Shown: positions 13,441 through 25,456 of the stretch, piece by piece
Numbering within the stretch: position 1 is the first letter of the stretch
Layout of the letters: each line of letters opens with the position of its first letter
Source of the DNA: Octopus sinensis
Taxonomy: Eukaryota
Assembly: GCF_006345805.1 (NCBI RefSeq)
Contig: NC_043000.1
Span: 159,960,001 to 160,024,000 of the forward strand
Length of the DNA: 64,000 nt
Direction: 5' to 3'
Notes under the pieces: generated by a model
What the model was told of the DNA's origin: nothing
The model's database searches: none
The model's input: only the letters and a program-made list of their open reading frames with translations
Translations under genes and position numbers: made by a program

Positions 13441-14450
13441 GTTGAAGATTTTATTGAAAATGATAATGTGTGAGATATAAATCTTCAGCAGAGCAAATCT
13501 TCCAAGAATATGTCTCCTTTTGGCTGAGTATAAAGAACGGAATCCGTCTGCGACGAGCACTATCGGTTGTTCAATTTATAATAGCATATAAAATCTGCGG
13601 CACAGATAAATGTGCCGAAAAACAGTTACTTTTCAGGCAAATGTACGAAACTCTCTGAATTTTAATGGGATCACCATCAGATAACTACTTAGCCTCAAAT
13701 CTATAAATATTTATATGATAATCATATAAATAGAAGAAATATTTTGAGGTCGAGCCTCATGACTTTTGAGGGAAATATTAAAGAGAAATGTTCAATTTCT
13801 GATACAAGAGATTAAGGAAATATGCATGATGCTAACTTTTATAAATTTATATATACAGATTTGATGGGGAATTATTCTATAGATCGAGGCAGATCAAAGT
13901 GAATCAGGCCACTTATGATGGCTAGACAGTATGACACAAATCAATAGATAAAACAGACCTTTCTTTTAGCGGGGCATGCATCGATGAAAGGAGATTCACT
14001 GGTGTCTAATATACAGCAAATTCAACGGTACACAGAACTTTAGGTAAGGTGAAATATAATAGTAAAGCAGACGAACGGGTTTTATGGTGTGACTACAAAT
14101 GTTTCATTAAGAAATATTATCGTGACGTAACGTCATTGACGGAGGAGGCATGCACAGATATAAATATTCATAATGTCTTGTAATACGTTATGAAGAATAT
14201 CTCAAATCTTCACGTTATACCATAGTCATCACACCATATGCTATGATACTTTCAACATAGCAGGATATGCATATATTTACCTCTTTCAGTTATGGTGAAA
14301 CCTGAAGATTTGAAAGGTTATATGTAACATATTGTATATTATTATGAATATTTCTTGTGTATACATGCCTATCTGCATGTATAGGCATCACAGACAAACT
14401 TTTAAAGTAAAATTTGTAGACATACAATAAAATCCGTTCATCGGGTTTAT

Positions 14451-14532
<82 letters not shown>

Positions 14533-14533
14533 A

Positions 14534-14579
<46 letters not shown>

Positions 14580-14612
14580 ATCTATCTATCTAACTGTCTG
14601 TCTGTCTGTTTG

Positions 14613-14685
<73 letters not shown>

Positions 14686-14710
14686 CTGACTGTCTGTCTG
14701 TCTATCTATC

Positions 14711-14777
<67 letters not shown>
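14451..14777. repeat. (CTAT)n tetranucleotide array with (CTGT)n interruptions; left flank of the Tx1 insertion
   Basis: Direct reading of the sequence. Confidence 0.97.
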
Positions 14778-16876
14778 GGAGGCGATGGCAGAATGCTCGA
14801 GGGACAAATCACCGGGTTTGGATGGTCTACCCTACGAGCTTTACAATTGTATGCCAGACTTGTTTGGAGATCTCTTGGCGGCGGTGTACTGCAACTGGCA
14901 GCAAAACGGGAGCATTCCTGGTTTTGTGAGCCGAGGAGCCGTAACACTGCTGAAGGAAAGATCTAAACAAGGGAAATGTAATAGATAACTTTAGGCCCAT
15001 CACTCTGCTTAATGCAGACTTGAAAATTTTGGCCAAGGTGCTAGCCAAGAGGTTGGCGCTTGTCATCGAGAAACTGGTCGACAAGGCGCAAACATGCGCC
15101 GTGCCGGGCCGGACCATCCATGACAACCTCCACCTGATGCGCTACATCATAGACAGGGTAGTTAACGAACCTGGCATGGGTGGGGCGCTGATCAATTTGG
15201 ATCAATCGAAAGCTTTCGATAGGGTAGACCATCGATACTTGGAGGCGGTCCTCAGAGCGGCAGGCTTCGGTCCCGTCTTCCGCGGCTGGACAGCCGCTTT
15301 GTACAGAGGCATCCGTTCGGTAATTCGCGTGAATGGATATCTATCGAGACCCTTCGACATCGCACGTTCGGTCCGTCAGGGATGCCCCCTCTCGTCGCTT
15401 CTATACGTATTGACTCTCGAGCCATTATTGCGGAAGCTAGCAACTTTGAGGGGCATCCCGCGAGAACTGGGATGCGGGACGAGCGTGTCTGCATACGCGG
15501 ACGACGTCACCGTCATAGTGTCTAGCCACGAGCACATCGAGCAGGTCGGCGAGACACTGAAAAACTACGAAGCGGTGACAGGAGCGAAAATCAACCGGGA
15601 AAAGTCAGTGGGCTTGCGACTAGGCACCTGGAGAAGCAAGCCCATGCCGTCCACCAGCGCCTCCGTCGTGGGACGCTGGACCGACGGCCCGGTTGAGTTG
15701 CTCGGGGTCTGGTTTGGTCCGGACCTCCAAGTGGAGAAGAACTGGAACGAGATAACGAGTAGGGTGGTCACTCTCGCCCGGCAATGGGCCGAGAGGAAAC
15801 TGTCCCTAAAAGGTCGAGCGGAGGTGGCGAAACGTACATCGCGTCCGTCATCTACTACCGACCCTGACCGTCGTACCTTGTCCCGACCCTACCATCACCA
15901 AACTACAACGCATTCTCTTTCGCTTCTTGTGGAAAGGATGCGTCCTGATGGTCAGGCGATCCATTTGCTGTCAACACACCCGTTAAAAGGAGGGCTGGGC
16001 ATGCCGTGGTTGATGATGCGCAGACACGCGCTGAGACTGCGACATCTCTGGCTCTATGTAGACGACGGTGAACAGGTGTGGTCGCCGTTTGTGAGGCACG
16101 CTTTCCCGCAGCTCGTCTCCATGACCGAACTGCAGTCGTGGATCAAAAAGAGGCCGAGGAGGGCGATTGGCACCGCGAGTGTCGCGTTGCTCTCAAGCAA
16201 CTCTGCCGTCCCGGGTCGACCTTGAGTGACTTCAACACAACCAAAGCATTCTATAGGGGATTAGTGGAGGGGAGGTACGACGACGAGCTCGGGGCGAACC
16301 TGGACGTCGACGAGGAGTACCTGACCCCTGTTCAGGACGACTTTCGGGCCAGGCCCATGGACAACTTCCAGAGATCCCTGGCCTGGCAGTGCTACCGAGA
16401 AGCGCTACCCGTTCGGATAAGCTCTACAGACACGGCTCGAGAAACACGGGGCCGACCTGCCCGAGATGCGGTCAGAGCGACGAAACCGTTCTGCACGCAC
16501 TCGTGCAGTGTCCAACAATTTCCGACCTGTGGGCTTATGTCGAACAACTGCTGTCACGTGTGGGACGAGTCGGTTTATCAGCTGAGTCTATCGTCAATAT
16601 TGTCACGCCACCTTCCTTCAAACGGGAAGGAAGAGCTATTTTCATCATCCTTGTGGCTATGGCGAAAGAATGTATCTGGTGGACGCGTCTGAAAGGATTG
16701 GAGACAAACACTTTCCTCTCTGGTCAATCTCTCATCAACTTCTTCAAGTACCACTTGAAAAGGAAAGTGAGAGTAGAGAGGCAAGTTTTGTCTAGCGAAT
16801 GTTTTAAAAAAAGATGGGTGAATGTAGCAAGGTGGCACGTATGAATGACGAAGCCACCTTGAGCATAATCCTATGA
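14778..16876 (+). pseudogene. Tx1 ORF2 fragment (reverse transcriptase to C-terminus), frameshifted
   Basis: Track ORFs 14785-14988, 15020-16225, 16078-16692 and 16389-16844 are consecutive frameshifted pieces of one ORF2. Confidence 0.93.
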
Positions 16877-17383
16877 ACCCAGAAATTGAAAACAGAGGGT
16901 TACCCACTTGCAAACAAATGTGTAAAATAAAACAATATTGACCAAGGTTACCGTGGTCTTTTTCGTAGGCTTTTCTTCCCACGGATAAACCTTACTTGCT
17001 TTCCCTTTACACCATATATTATAACACTGTGATACACGATCCCTACTGATCGTTCTTTTTTTCCTCTTCCCCTTTTTTTCCCCTTTTTTTCTTCTTTTTT
17101 CATTTCTTTTTCTTTTGTTTCTTTTCCTTTTCTTCTTCTTTTATTTTAATTTTTTATTGTTCTTTTGTTCCTTTTCCTTTCCTTTTTTTTCTTTTTATTC
17201 TTTTTATTTTATTCAATTTTTTTTTGTTTTGTTCTTTCTTACTTTACGATCCTCTTGATCGAAAACCTACACCAACCCTTTTTCTTTTTCTTTTGTTTTT
17301 TTGTTCTCTTCATCCCCAAAAGAAAAGCTCTACCTCGTAACTTGTCCCATCTGTGTGCAGCCCTGTGTGGCCAATAAAGAAAA

Positions 17384-17386
<3 letters not shown>
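14778..17386 (+). mobile_element. 5'-truncated Tx1-clade LINE (copy 1): RT, zf-RVT and 3'UTR
   Basis: RT motifs PITLLNADLKILAKVLAKRL, DQSKAFDRVDH, VRQGCPLS and YADD. C-terminal CPRCGQSDETVLHALVQC zinc finger, stop at 16874-16876, and a pyrimidine-rich 3'UTR ending aataaagaaa. Near-identical to 21213-23311. Confidence 0.96.
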
Positions 17387-17429
<43 letters not shown>

Positions 17430-17500
17430 ATCTATCTATCTATCTAGCTAGTAGTAGCTGCGGTCTGTCTGTCTGTCTGTATTATCTATCTATCTATCTA

Positions 17501-17547
<47 letters not shown>

Positions 17548-17612
17548 TATCTATCTCTCTCTATCACAACTATCTATCTATCTCTATCACAAGCTATCTA
17601 TCTATCTCTATC
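17387..17612. repeat. (CTAT)n array separating the two Tx1 copies
   Basis: Direct reading. Includes three copies of ctctatcacaa at its right end. Confidence 0.95.
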
Positions 17613-17830
17613 ACAATGGACGGACGCTAGTCATATCGGCTCCAAGTAAGTTGGCCACTTTTACATGTTTAAAACTCCTTGTTGTCAAATATTTTGTTTT
17701 AATCGTTGTGCAAATTCATTCACTAAAAAACCTGAGAATTATTCACGTAGAATTCCGCCCCTGTATGGGCGAAATTACAAAAAAACTTTCAAAACTTTCG
17801 TGGGTTTTTTAGCCATTTTTCATTTTGAAA

Positions 17831-19838
17831 ATGGCAACTAGAAACCACGTGGCTAGCCCGCCAGTCATGCAGAACGGTAGCAAAAACTCTTTGCTACCAC
17901 TAGCTGCTAAACATCGCAGCGTGAACACCGCTGTCACCACCATCACCACCACCACCAACAACAACAACAAATCTAACGTCGCATCACATTCACCATGCCG
18001 CGACCAAAGACATTAACTTAGATTTCCCCTCACTCCCCACACCACTTGTTGATGATAAAGGGACAGAGAAAGGGATTTCAAAAATGAATACAAACGAAAA
18101 CATGAATGCCAGCACCACCACCATCACCACCAACAACAACAACAACGAAATTGGCACAAAGCCGCCTACCAAAGACAACACCGCCAACACCAACACCACT
18201 ACTACGACGTCAAATGCTACATCCAAGCCTTCTGCTGCTAATACCGCCAACACCAACACCACTACCATGACTTCAATTAACACTGCCACAATTAACACTT
18301 CTACTGCCAAATTCAAAACGAATTTTGCGGACGTAACAAAACAAAAAAGAACAATTGTAACATTCACCACACAAGAGATAAACCGCACAAAGGCACTCTT
18401 CTCCAAAGAAGGAGACAAATTGCACCTTCATATTCCACAACACATCGTGGAAAACACGCAAAAAAAAACAATAATTTTATAAGTAATAAACAAAAAAACA
18501 AGAAGAACAGAAAATGCACCGCAGGAAAAAATCGATAAATGCCTTCGTCCTGTATGGGACTCCAAGGAATATATCAGTTGGGGAAACAAATTTGGTACAG
18601 TCCAAGTACGTTTCCTCAACGAAAGTTTAGCAAAACGTTTTTCCACATTGGAGCTACATTCGGACGACTTGGTAATGATACCAGTCTATTTAAACAAAAG
18701 GGTCACGAAAGTCCAAATAAAAAACATACCATTTGATGTCGAAACACAATGGGGGGTCTCTGCATCTGCTTTGAAATGTCAGAGACAATGTCAGAGACAA
18801 ACATCCTGGAAATCGCGGTTCTAGGAGAGAAAGACTATGTGGGCAAATCAATCGAATTCCTGCTTCAATTGGATGAAGCAGCAAGAGAGAAGATACCCAC
18901 CGCTATAGAACTGCCAGGAGGCTACAAACTCTATATAGTGGTAGAGGGCAGGCGACCACGCTGCTATTTGTGTGGAAGCGAAACACACTTGAAAAAGACG
19001 TGCCCAACCACTGCACACCAAGAGCAACAACAACAACCACCCCACAACCAAAGCACTCCGGAAAAAAAAAAGCTCTACTACCCACACCACCATCAACACA
19101 GAAGACGACAAGAGAAGCACACCAAGCTAATCCGTCATCAACCAAAAACCACTCGACACCTGGAAAAATACCAACACTACCATCAACAGCAAAACCCAAA
19201 GGAACAGAAAAACAAAGAAAACACACACAAACTGATCCCCCATCCCTTATACCGCACTCAACACACACAACACTCAACAACCAACAACAACGAAAACAAC
19301 AACACAACCACTTACACAGACATACATAGAAGCCCACAAACTACCCCTACCCCCTTCTGATTCCTCAGAAATTTCGTCGGAAGACGAAACCAGTGAGGAA
19401 TGGCAAATAGCTACAAAAAGAAGGAAAATAAAGAGCAGAAACACAACCAAACCAAATGCAAACACGAACAAAGCAGGGGGAAATACATCTCCCGAAGACA
19501 TTTCAAAACCCAACGCAAACAACAGCCACACCAACACCACAAAAACATATACAGCAAACATGCTCACAGCCATAGACACCAAAAACACAAATTTGATGGA
19601 ATACATCCAATCAAAAACAAACATAACAGAAGATGACATAAAAACAAACAACCACCCATACACAACACCACCAGACCACATCAAAATAATACACATCTCC
19701 AAAAGTCTGCACCACACACTCAAAGGCATTTTCCCCAGTGCGGTTGGTAAATGCCAAAAATATCTCACAAAGAAACTGTACTGGGATCTTCTCGAGGACA
19801 AACCAACGGAGGAGAAAGCAAAAACTTTCGAGCAGTAG
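17831..19838 (+). pseudogene. Tx1 ORF1 (gag-like): Thr/Asn-rich N-terminus, RRM-like region, CCHC zinc knuckle, low-complexity tail; frameshifted
   Basis: ATG at 17831. RRM-like segment WGNKFGTVQVRF..IPVYLNKRVTKVQIKNIP. CYLCGSETHLKKTC (CX2CX4HX4C) at 18962-19003. Last piece ends ..KAKTFEQ* just before ORF2. Confidence 0.85.
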
Positions 19839-19875
19839 CAGTAAGTAACCCTCTGTATTCTAATTCATTAGAACT

Positions 19876-22800
19876 ATGATCAAGATTGGTTGTGTAAATG
19901 CGCGTGGCTTGGGGTCCCCTTGGAAACAAGGGTACCTCTTAAATGACATAAAGTCACATAAGTTAGAAATCATAGCCATAAGCGAGACCAGACTCCACAA
20001 TCCGCGGGCCCTAAAGACCATGTTTGGCGGACAGTTCAACATTTATTTTTCCCCCTGTCTGCCGAGAATGGGTGGTAGTGGCACCGCGGTACTTTTTCAC
20101 AAGAGTCTGGATCTCAAGTAAGGACAATATTCGTAGACCCGGAGGGTAGACTGGTCGTCCTGGATGTCGACGGCAGCAATGGGTGCGCTTTTCGGCTCGT
20201 ATCAGTTTACGCACCGCCCTTAACAGGTCGGGCGGATTTCTTTCAACGTCTAGAAGTTTTCTTGGGAACGTCTCGTCCTTTACTCTTAGTGGGGGATTGG
20301 AATGCTACCTTGGACACGCATGTAGACTACGTGGGTAGAGATAGGAATAGACGGGGATGCAAATGCCTCAGAGACCTGCTCAGACGCTTTCAACTGTCTG
20401 ACAGGTTCCGACTAGACCACCCGAATGCGCCAACGTGGACATGGAGCAACCGCATCGGGTCGTCGAGATCGTATCTAGATAGGATACTGTGTAGGACAGT
20501 AGATAGAGATAGCATAGGATGTCCACAATTCCACATAGTCAGCTACACGGATCACAAACTTGTGACATGTACGCTAGACTTAGGTAAGACACTTAGGCAG
20601 GGTCCCGGATACTGGAAACTAAACGCGTCTTTCCCATCGAGACAAGTTTTCAGAGACCGGATTAGCACACTAGTAAAGAGGGCTTTGACGGGAGCCATCA
20701 TCAACAACAAATGGTGGTTTGCCCTCAAGAGAGCAGTAAAAGCAGAAGCGATTAGGTACAGCAAAGCACTAGCCATAGATAGAAATAGAGTAGAGGGTGA
20801 GCTAGTTAAGAAGCTAGAAGAGGCAATTAGAAGCGGCATCGCATCCGACGTTTTGGCGGCGAGGTTGGCCCTCGACCAACACTTCAACGCCAAACACGAA
20901 GGATGTGCTGTCAGAGCTAGGATGCGTGCTCTAAGGAACGAAGGTGTTGGAGCCGCGAGAGAGGCCCGGGTGGCAGAGGCGCAACAGGGCAACAAAGCCA
21001 CCATTCGGTCACTGGTAGATGAACAGGGGCGCGAATTGCTCGAGCCAAGTAAAATGTGTGAGGCCTTTCAGCAGCATTTTGCCCGACTGTTCGGAACGAG
21101 TGGAGGGCAAGAACGTAGGGTGGACTTCAGTGCCTACCTACATAGCCTACCACGACTCTCGACAAGAAAGGCAGGGTGCTGCGAAGGTGCCACACGGCGG
21201 CGGAAGTGCGGGAAGCGATGGCAGAATGCTCGAGGGACAAATCACCGGGGTTGGATGGTCTACCCTACGAGCTTTACAATTGTATGCCAGACTTGTTTGG
21301 AGATCTCTTGGCGGCGGTGTACTGCAACTGGCAGCAAAACGGGAGCATTCCTGGTTTTGTGAGCCGAGGAGCCGTAACACTGCTGAAGAAAGATCTAAAC
21401 AAGGGAAATGTAATAGATAACTTTAGGCCCATCACTCTGCTTAATGCAGACTTGAAAATTTTGGCCAAGGTGCTAGCCAAGAGGTTGGCGCTTGTCATCG
21501 AGAAACTGGTCGACAAGGCGCAAACATGCGCCGTGCCAGGCCGGACCATCCATGACAACCTCCATCTGATGCGCTACATCATAGACAGGGTAGTTAACGA
21601 ACCTGGCATGGGTGGGGCCTGATCAACTTGGATCAATCAAAAGCCTTTGATAGGGTAGACCATCGATACTTGGAGGCAGTCCTGAGAGCGGCTGGTTTCG
21701 GTCCCGTCTTCCGCGGCTGGATAGCTGCCTTGTACAGAGGCATCCGTTCGGTAATTCGCGTAAATGGACATCTATCGAGACCTTTCGACATTGCACGTTC
21801 GGTCCGTCAGGGATGCCCCCTCTCGGCGCTTCTATACGTATTGACTCTTGAGCCACTACTGCGGAAGCTGGCGACTCTAAGGGGCATCCCGCGAGAATTG
21901 GGATGCGGGACGAGCGTGTCTGCATACGCGGACGACGTCACCGTCATAGTGTCTAGCCACGAGCACATCGAGCTGGTCGGCGAGACACTGAAAAACTACG
22001 AAGCGGTGACAGGAGCGAAAATCAACCGGGAAAAGTCAGTGGGCTTGCGACTAGGCACCTGGAGAAGCAAGCCCATGCCGTCCACCAGCGCCTCCGTCGT
22101 GGGACGCTGGACCGACGGCCCGGTTGAGTTGCTCGGGGTCTGGTTTGGTCCGGACCTCCAAGTGGAGAAGAACTGGAACGAGATAACGAGTAGGGTGGTC
22201 ACTCTCGCCCGGCAATGGGCCGAGAGGAAACTGTCCCTAAAAGGTCGAGCGGAGGTGGCGAACACGTACATCGCGTCCGTCATCTACTACCGCCTGACCG
22301 TCGTACCTTGTCCCGACCCTACCATCACCAAACTACAACGCATTCTCTTTCGCTTCTTGTGGAAAGGATGCGTCCCGATGGTCAGGCGATCCATTTGCTG
22401 TCAACACCCGTTAAAAGGAGGGCTGGGCATGCCGTGGTTGATGATGCGCAGACACGCGCTGCTGAGATGCGACATCTCTGGCTCTATGTAGACGACGGTG
22501 AACAGGTGTGGTCGCCGTTTGTGAGGCACGCTTTCCCGCAGCTCGTCTCCATGACCGAACTGCAGTCGTGGATCAAAAAGAGGCCGAGGAAGGGCGAATG
22601 GCACCGCGAGTGTCGCGTTGCTCTCAAGCAACTCTGCCGTCCTGGGTCGACCTTAAGTGACTTCAACACAACCAAAGCATTCTATAGGGGTTTAGTGGAG
22701 GGGAGGTACGACGACGAGCTCGGGGCGAACCTGGACGTCGACGAGGAGTACCTGACCCGCCTGTTCGGGACGACTTTCGGGCCAGGGCCCATGGACAACT

Positions 22801-23311
22801 TCCAGAGATCCCTGGCCTGGCAGTGCTACCGAGAAGCGCTACCCGTTCGGGATAAGCTCTACAGACACGGCTCGAGAAAACGGGGCCGACCTGCCCGAGA
22901 TGCGGTCAGAGCGACGAAACCGTTCTGCACGCACTCGTTCAGTGTCCAACAATTTCCGACCTGTGGGCTTATGTCGAACAACTGCTGTCACGTGTGGGAC
23001 GAGTCGGTTTATCAGCTGAGTCTATCGTCAATATTGTCACGCCTCCTTCCTTCAAACGGGAAGGAAGAGCTATTTTCATCATCCTTGTGGCTATGGCGAA
23101 AGAATGTATCTGGTGGACGCGTCTGAAAGGATTGGAGACAAACACTTTCCTCTCTGGTCAATCTCTCATCAACTTCTTCAAGTACCACTTGAAAAGGAAA
23201 GTGAGAGTAGAGAGGCAAGTTTTGTCTAGCGAATGTTTTAAAAAAAGATGGGTGAATGTAGCAAGAATGGCACGTATGAATGACGAAGCCACCTTGAGCA
23301 TAGTCCTATGA
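19876..23311 (+). pseudogene. Tx1 ORF2: apurinic-like endonuclease, reverse transcriptase and zf-RVT; several 1-bp frameshifts
   Basis: APE motifs IGCVNARGL, ISETR, VYAP, GDWNATLD, SYLDRIL and TDHK; linker GPGYWKLN; RT motifs [23 protein letters not shown] and YADD. Stop at 23309-23311. Confidence 0.95.
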
Positions 23312-23708
23312 ACCCAGAAATCGAAAACAGAGAGTTGCTTATTTGCAAAAAAAAAAAAAAAAAAAAAGAAATATAAAATGTGACTTCATTGACCGAGGTT
23401 ACCGTGGTCTTTTCCGCAGGCTTTTCTTTCCACGGGTAAACCTCACCTGTCCTCCCCTTTACACTTCATACTGACATTTCTGTGATAACGATCCCTATTG
23501 ATCATTTTTTTTTCCTCTCCCCCCCTTTTTTTTTTTTTTTTTTTTTTTAACCCCCTTTTTTTTGTCCTCTTCTCTCCTTTTACGATCCCTTTTGATCGAA
23601 CCTCCCCCTTCCTTTTTTTTTTTTTTTTTTTTTTAACCTTCAAAAGAAAAGCTCTACCTTTGTAATTTGTTCTATCTGTGTGCAGCCCTGTGTGGCTAAT
23701 AAAGAAAC

Positions 23709-23830
23709 ATATCTATCTATCTCTCTCTCCTCTCTCTCTCTCTCTCTCTATCTATATATATATTATATATATATTATATATATATATTATATATATATAT
23801 GTATATACTTGGGTGTGTGTGTGTTGTTTT
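23709..23830. repeat. (CTAT)/(CT)/(AT)/(GT) compound microsatellite, right flank of the Tx1
   Basis: atatctatctatctctct.. follows directly after aataaagaaac. Confidence 0.9.
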
Positions 23831-24662
23831 CTGTGTTTTATATGCATATATCATATTATTAATGTGAAATATGAGTGTGTAGGTATGTATGGATATATGT
23901 ATGCATGAACAAACTATTGATTATACATTAGTAGCTCTGAATTTTATGTCATAAGTAGTGCTTAATAAGACATTTACTATACATAACCCGTGTAATGAAA
24001 ATGATGCTTATATGTTATAACATAAATATTTGAAAATCCTTTTCCGCTGGCATTAAGAAGGAATTTTATATAAAGATATTAATATATAAATAATCAATAT
24101 CCACTTCTATGTAAAAGGTAGAGATAGAAAATTAAAATCGGAAGCCACAATATAAATGACAAATAAACGTGGTGAATAGATAAAGTGAAATAAAATATAA
24201 TAGAAAATCATAAAATGGAAAATGCCAACTAAATGTGTGGGTGCTAATTAACCCATTCGATTTCTTAGATTCGATTAGTCAGCAAAAAATTTGGGAGCAT
24301 AAGCAGCATCTCACAATGCAGCAATAGTAATTTATTTTTCACTACATGGCGCAAGAACATTAACAATAAACATAAATATGTTATTTATTGAATATTACGT
24401 TTTTAACTTGTAGTCTTCCATCTTTTCAACTCTACTCTTCAGATTTTGAAAATTCACAGCGATTCAACAAAACAAAGTTGTAAATGTTATAAACAGGAAA
24501 ACCTTGATTGTTGACAATGAATTTAAAAATCCCATCAAGTTGAAATTATTTTGGCTTGAAGGATGGTGGTATACAATCATTCGGAGACGTGATTATTGTG
24601 ATTATGTAGTATATATATTCTAGATGAACTAATAATGAAATTTAACTCAGTACTCTTTGCAG

Positions 24663-24708
<46 letters not shown>

Positions 24709-24709
<1 letters not shown>

Positions 24710-24928
24710 ATATTATTAGCGAATTGAAGAAATGGAGTTGAACGAAGATTGAACAGAAATCGTTATTGCATTCTACACGTGTTTCGAAAGGCACAATTTA
24801 CCAAATTCCGATTGAATATTCAATCGGAATTTGGTAAATTGTGCCTTTCGAAACACGTGTAGAATGCAATAAAACGATTTCTGTTCAATCTTCGTTCAAC
24901 TCCATTTCTTCAATTCGCTAATAATATT
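24709..24928. repeat. Spacer-less palindrome of about 220 bp
   Basis: Centre between 24817 and 24818 (ttgaat|attcaa). Arms of 109 and 111 bp are reverse complements except for one 2-bp indel (cgttattg vs caataaaacg). Confidence 0.97.
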
Positions 24929-25079
24929 AAAATTCAATTATCCGCACCAACGCACGGTTGCAACACCATATGGTTGTACCTCCAACCGTGCTGTCTTCTG
25001 CTGTGATTTTTGCTACCAAGGTATCGGTTAAACTTTTGATTAATCTCCAACAAGATTATTCATCTTTCTATTTCACAAA

Positions 25080-25141
<62 letters not shown>

Positions 25142-25407
25142 CACTTGAGCTATATCCAAATGAACAAGTGGAAAATATTTAGATATATTAACAGAAAAGC
25201 TATATGTGTACTTTGTGTATATCCGATCTCAAATTAATAATCGCTACAGACACAATCTGATAGAACGTCATATGACTTAGCTTAACTCAACCACAAATTT
25301 GCATAAAAGTTCCAATAACTATTATTATCACAAACTTACATCAGCATATGCTTCTCCTACATACACGCACGCACACACACACACACACACACACACGCAC
25401 ATACACA

Positions 25408-25456
<49 letters not shown>

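Larger units (their letters stand above)
17613..23708 (+). mobile_element. Full-length Tx1-clade (L1 group) non-LTR retrotransposon (copy 2), about 6.1 kb
   Basis: 5'UTR, ORF1 with CCHC knuckle, ORF2 with APE, RT and zf-RVT, and a 3'UTR ending aataaagaaac. Flanked by (CTAT)n on both sides. Confidence 0.96.
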
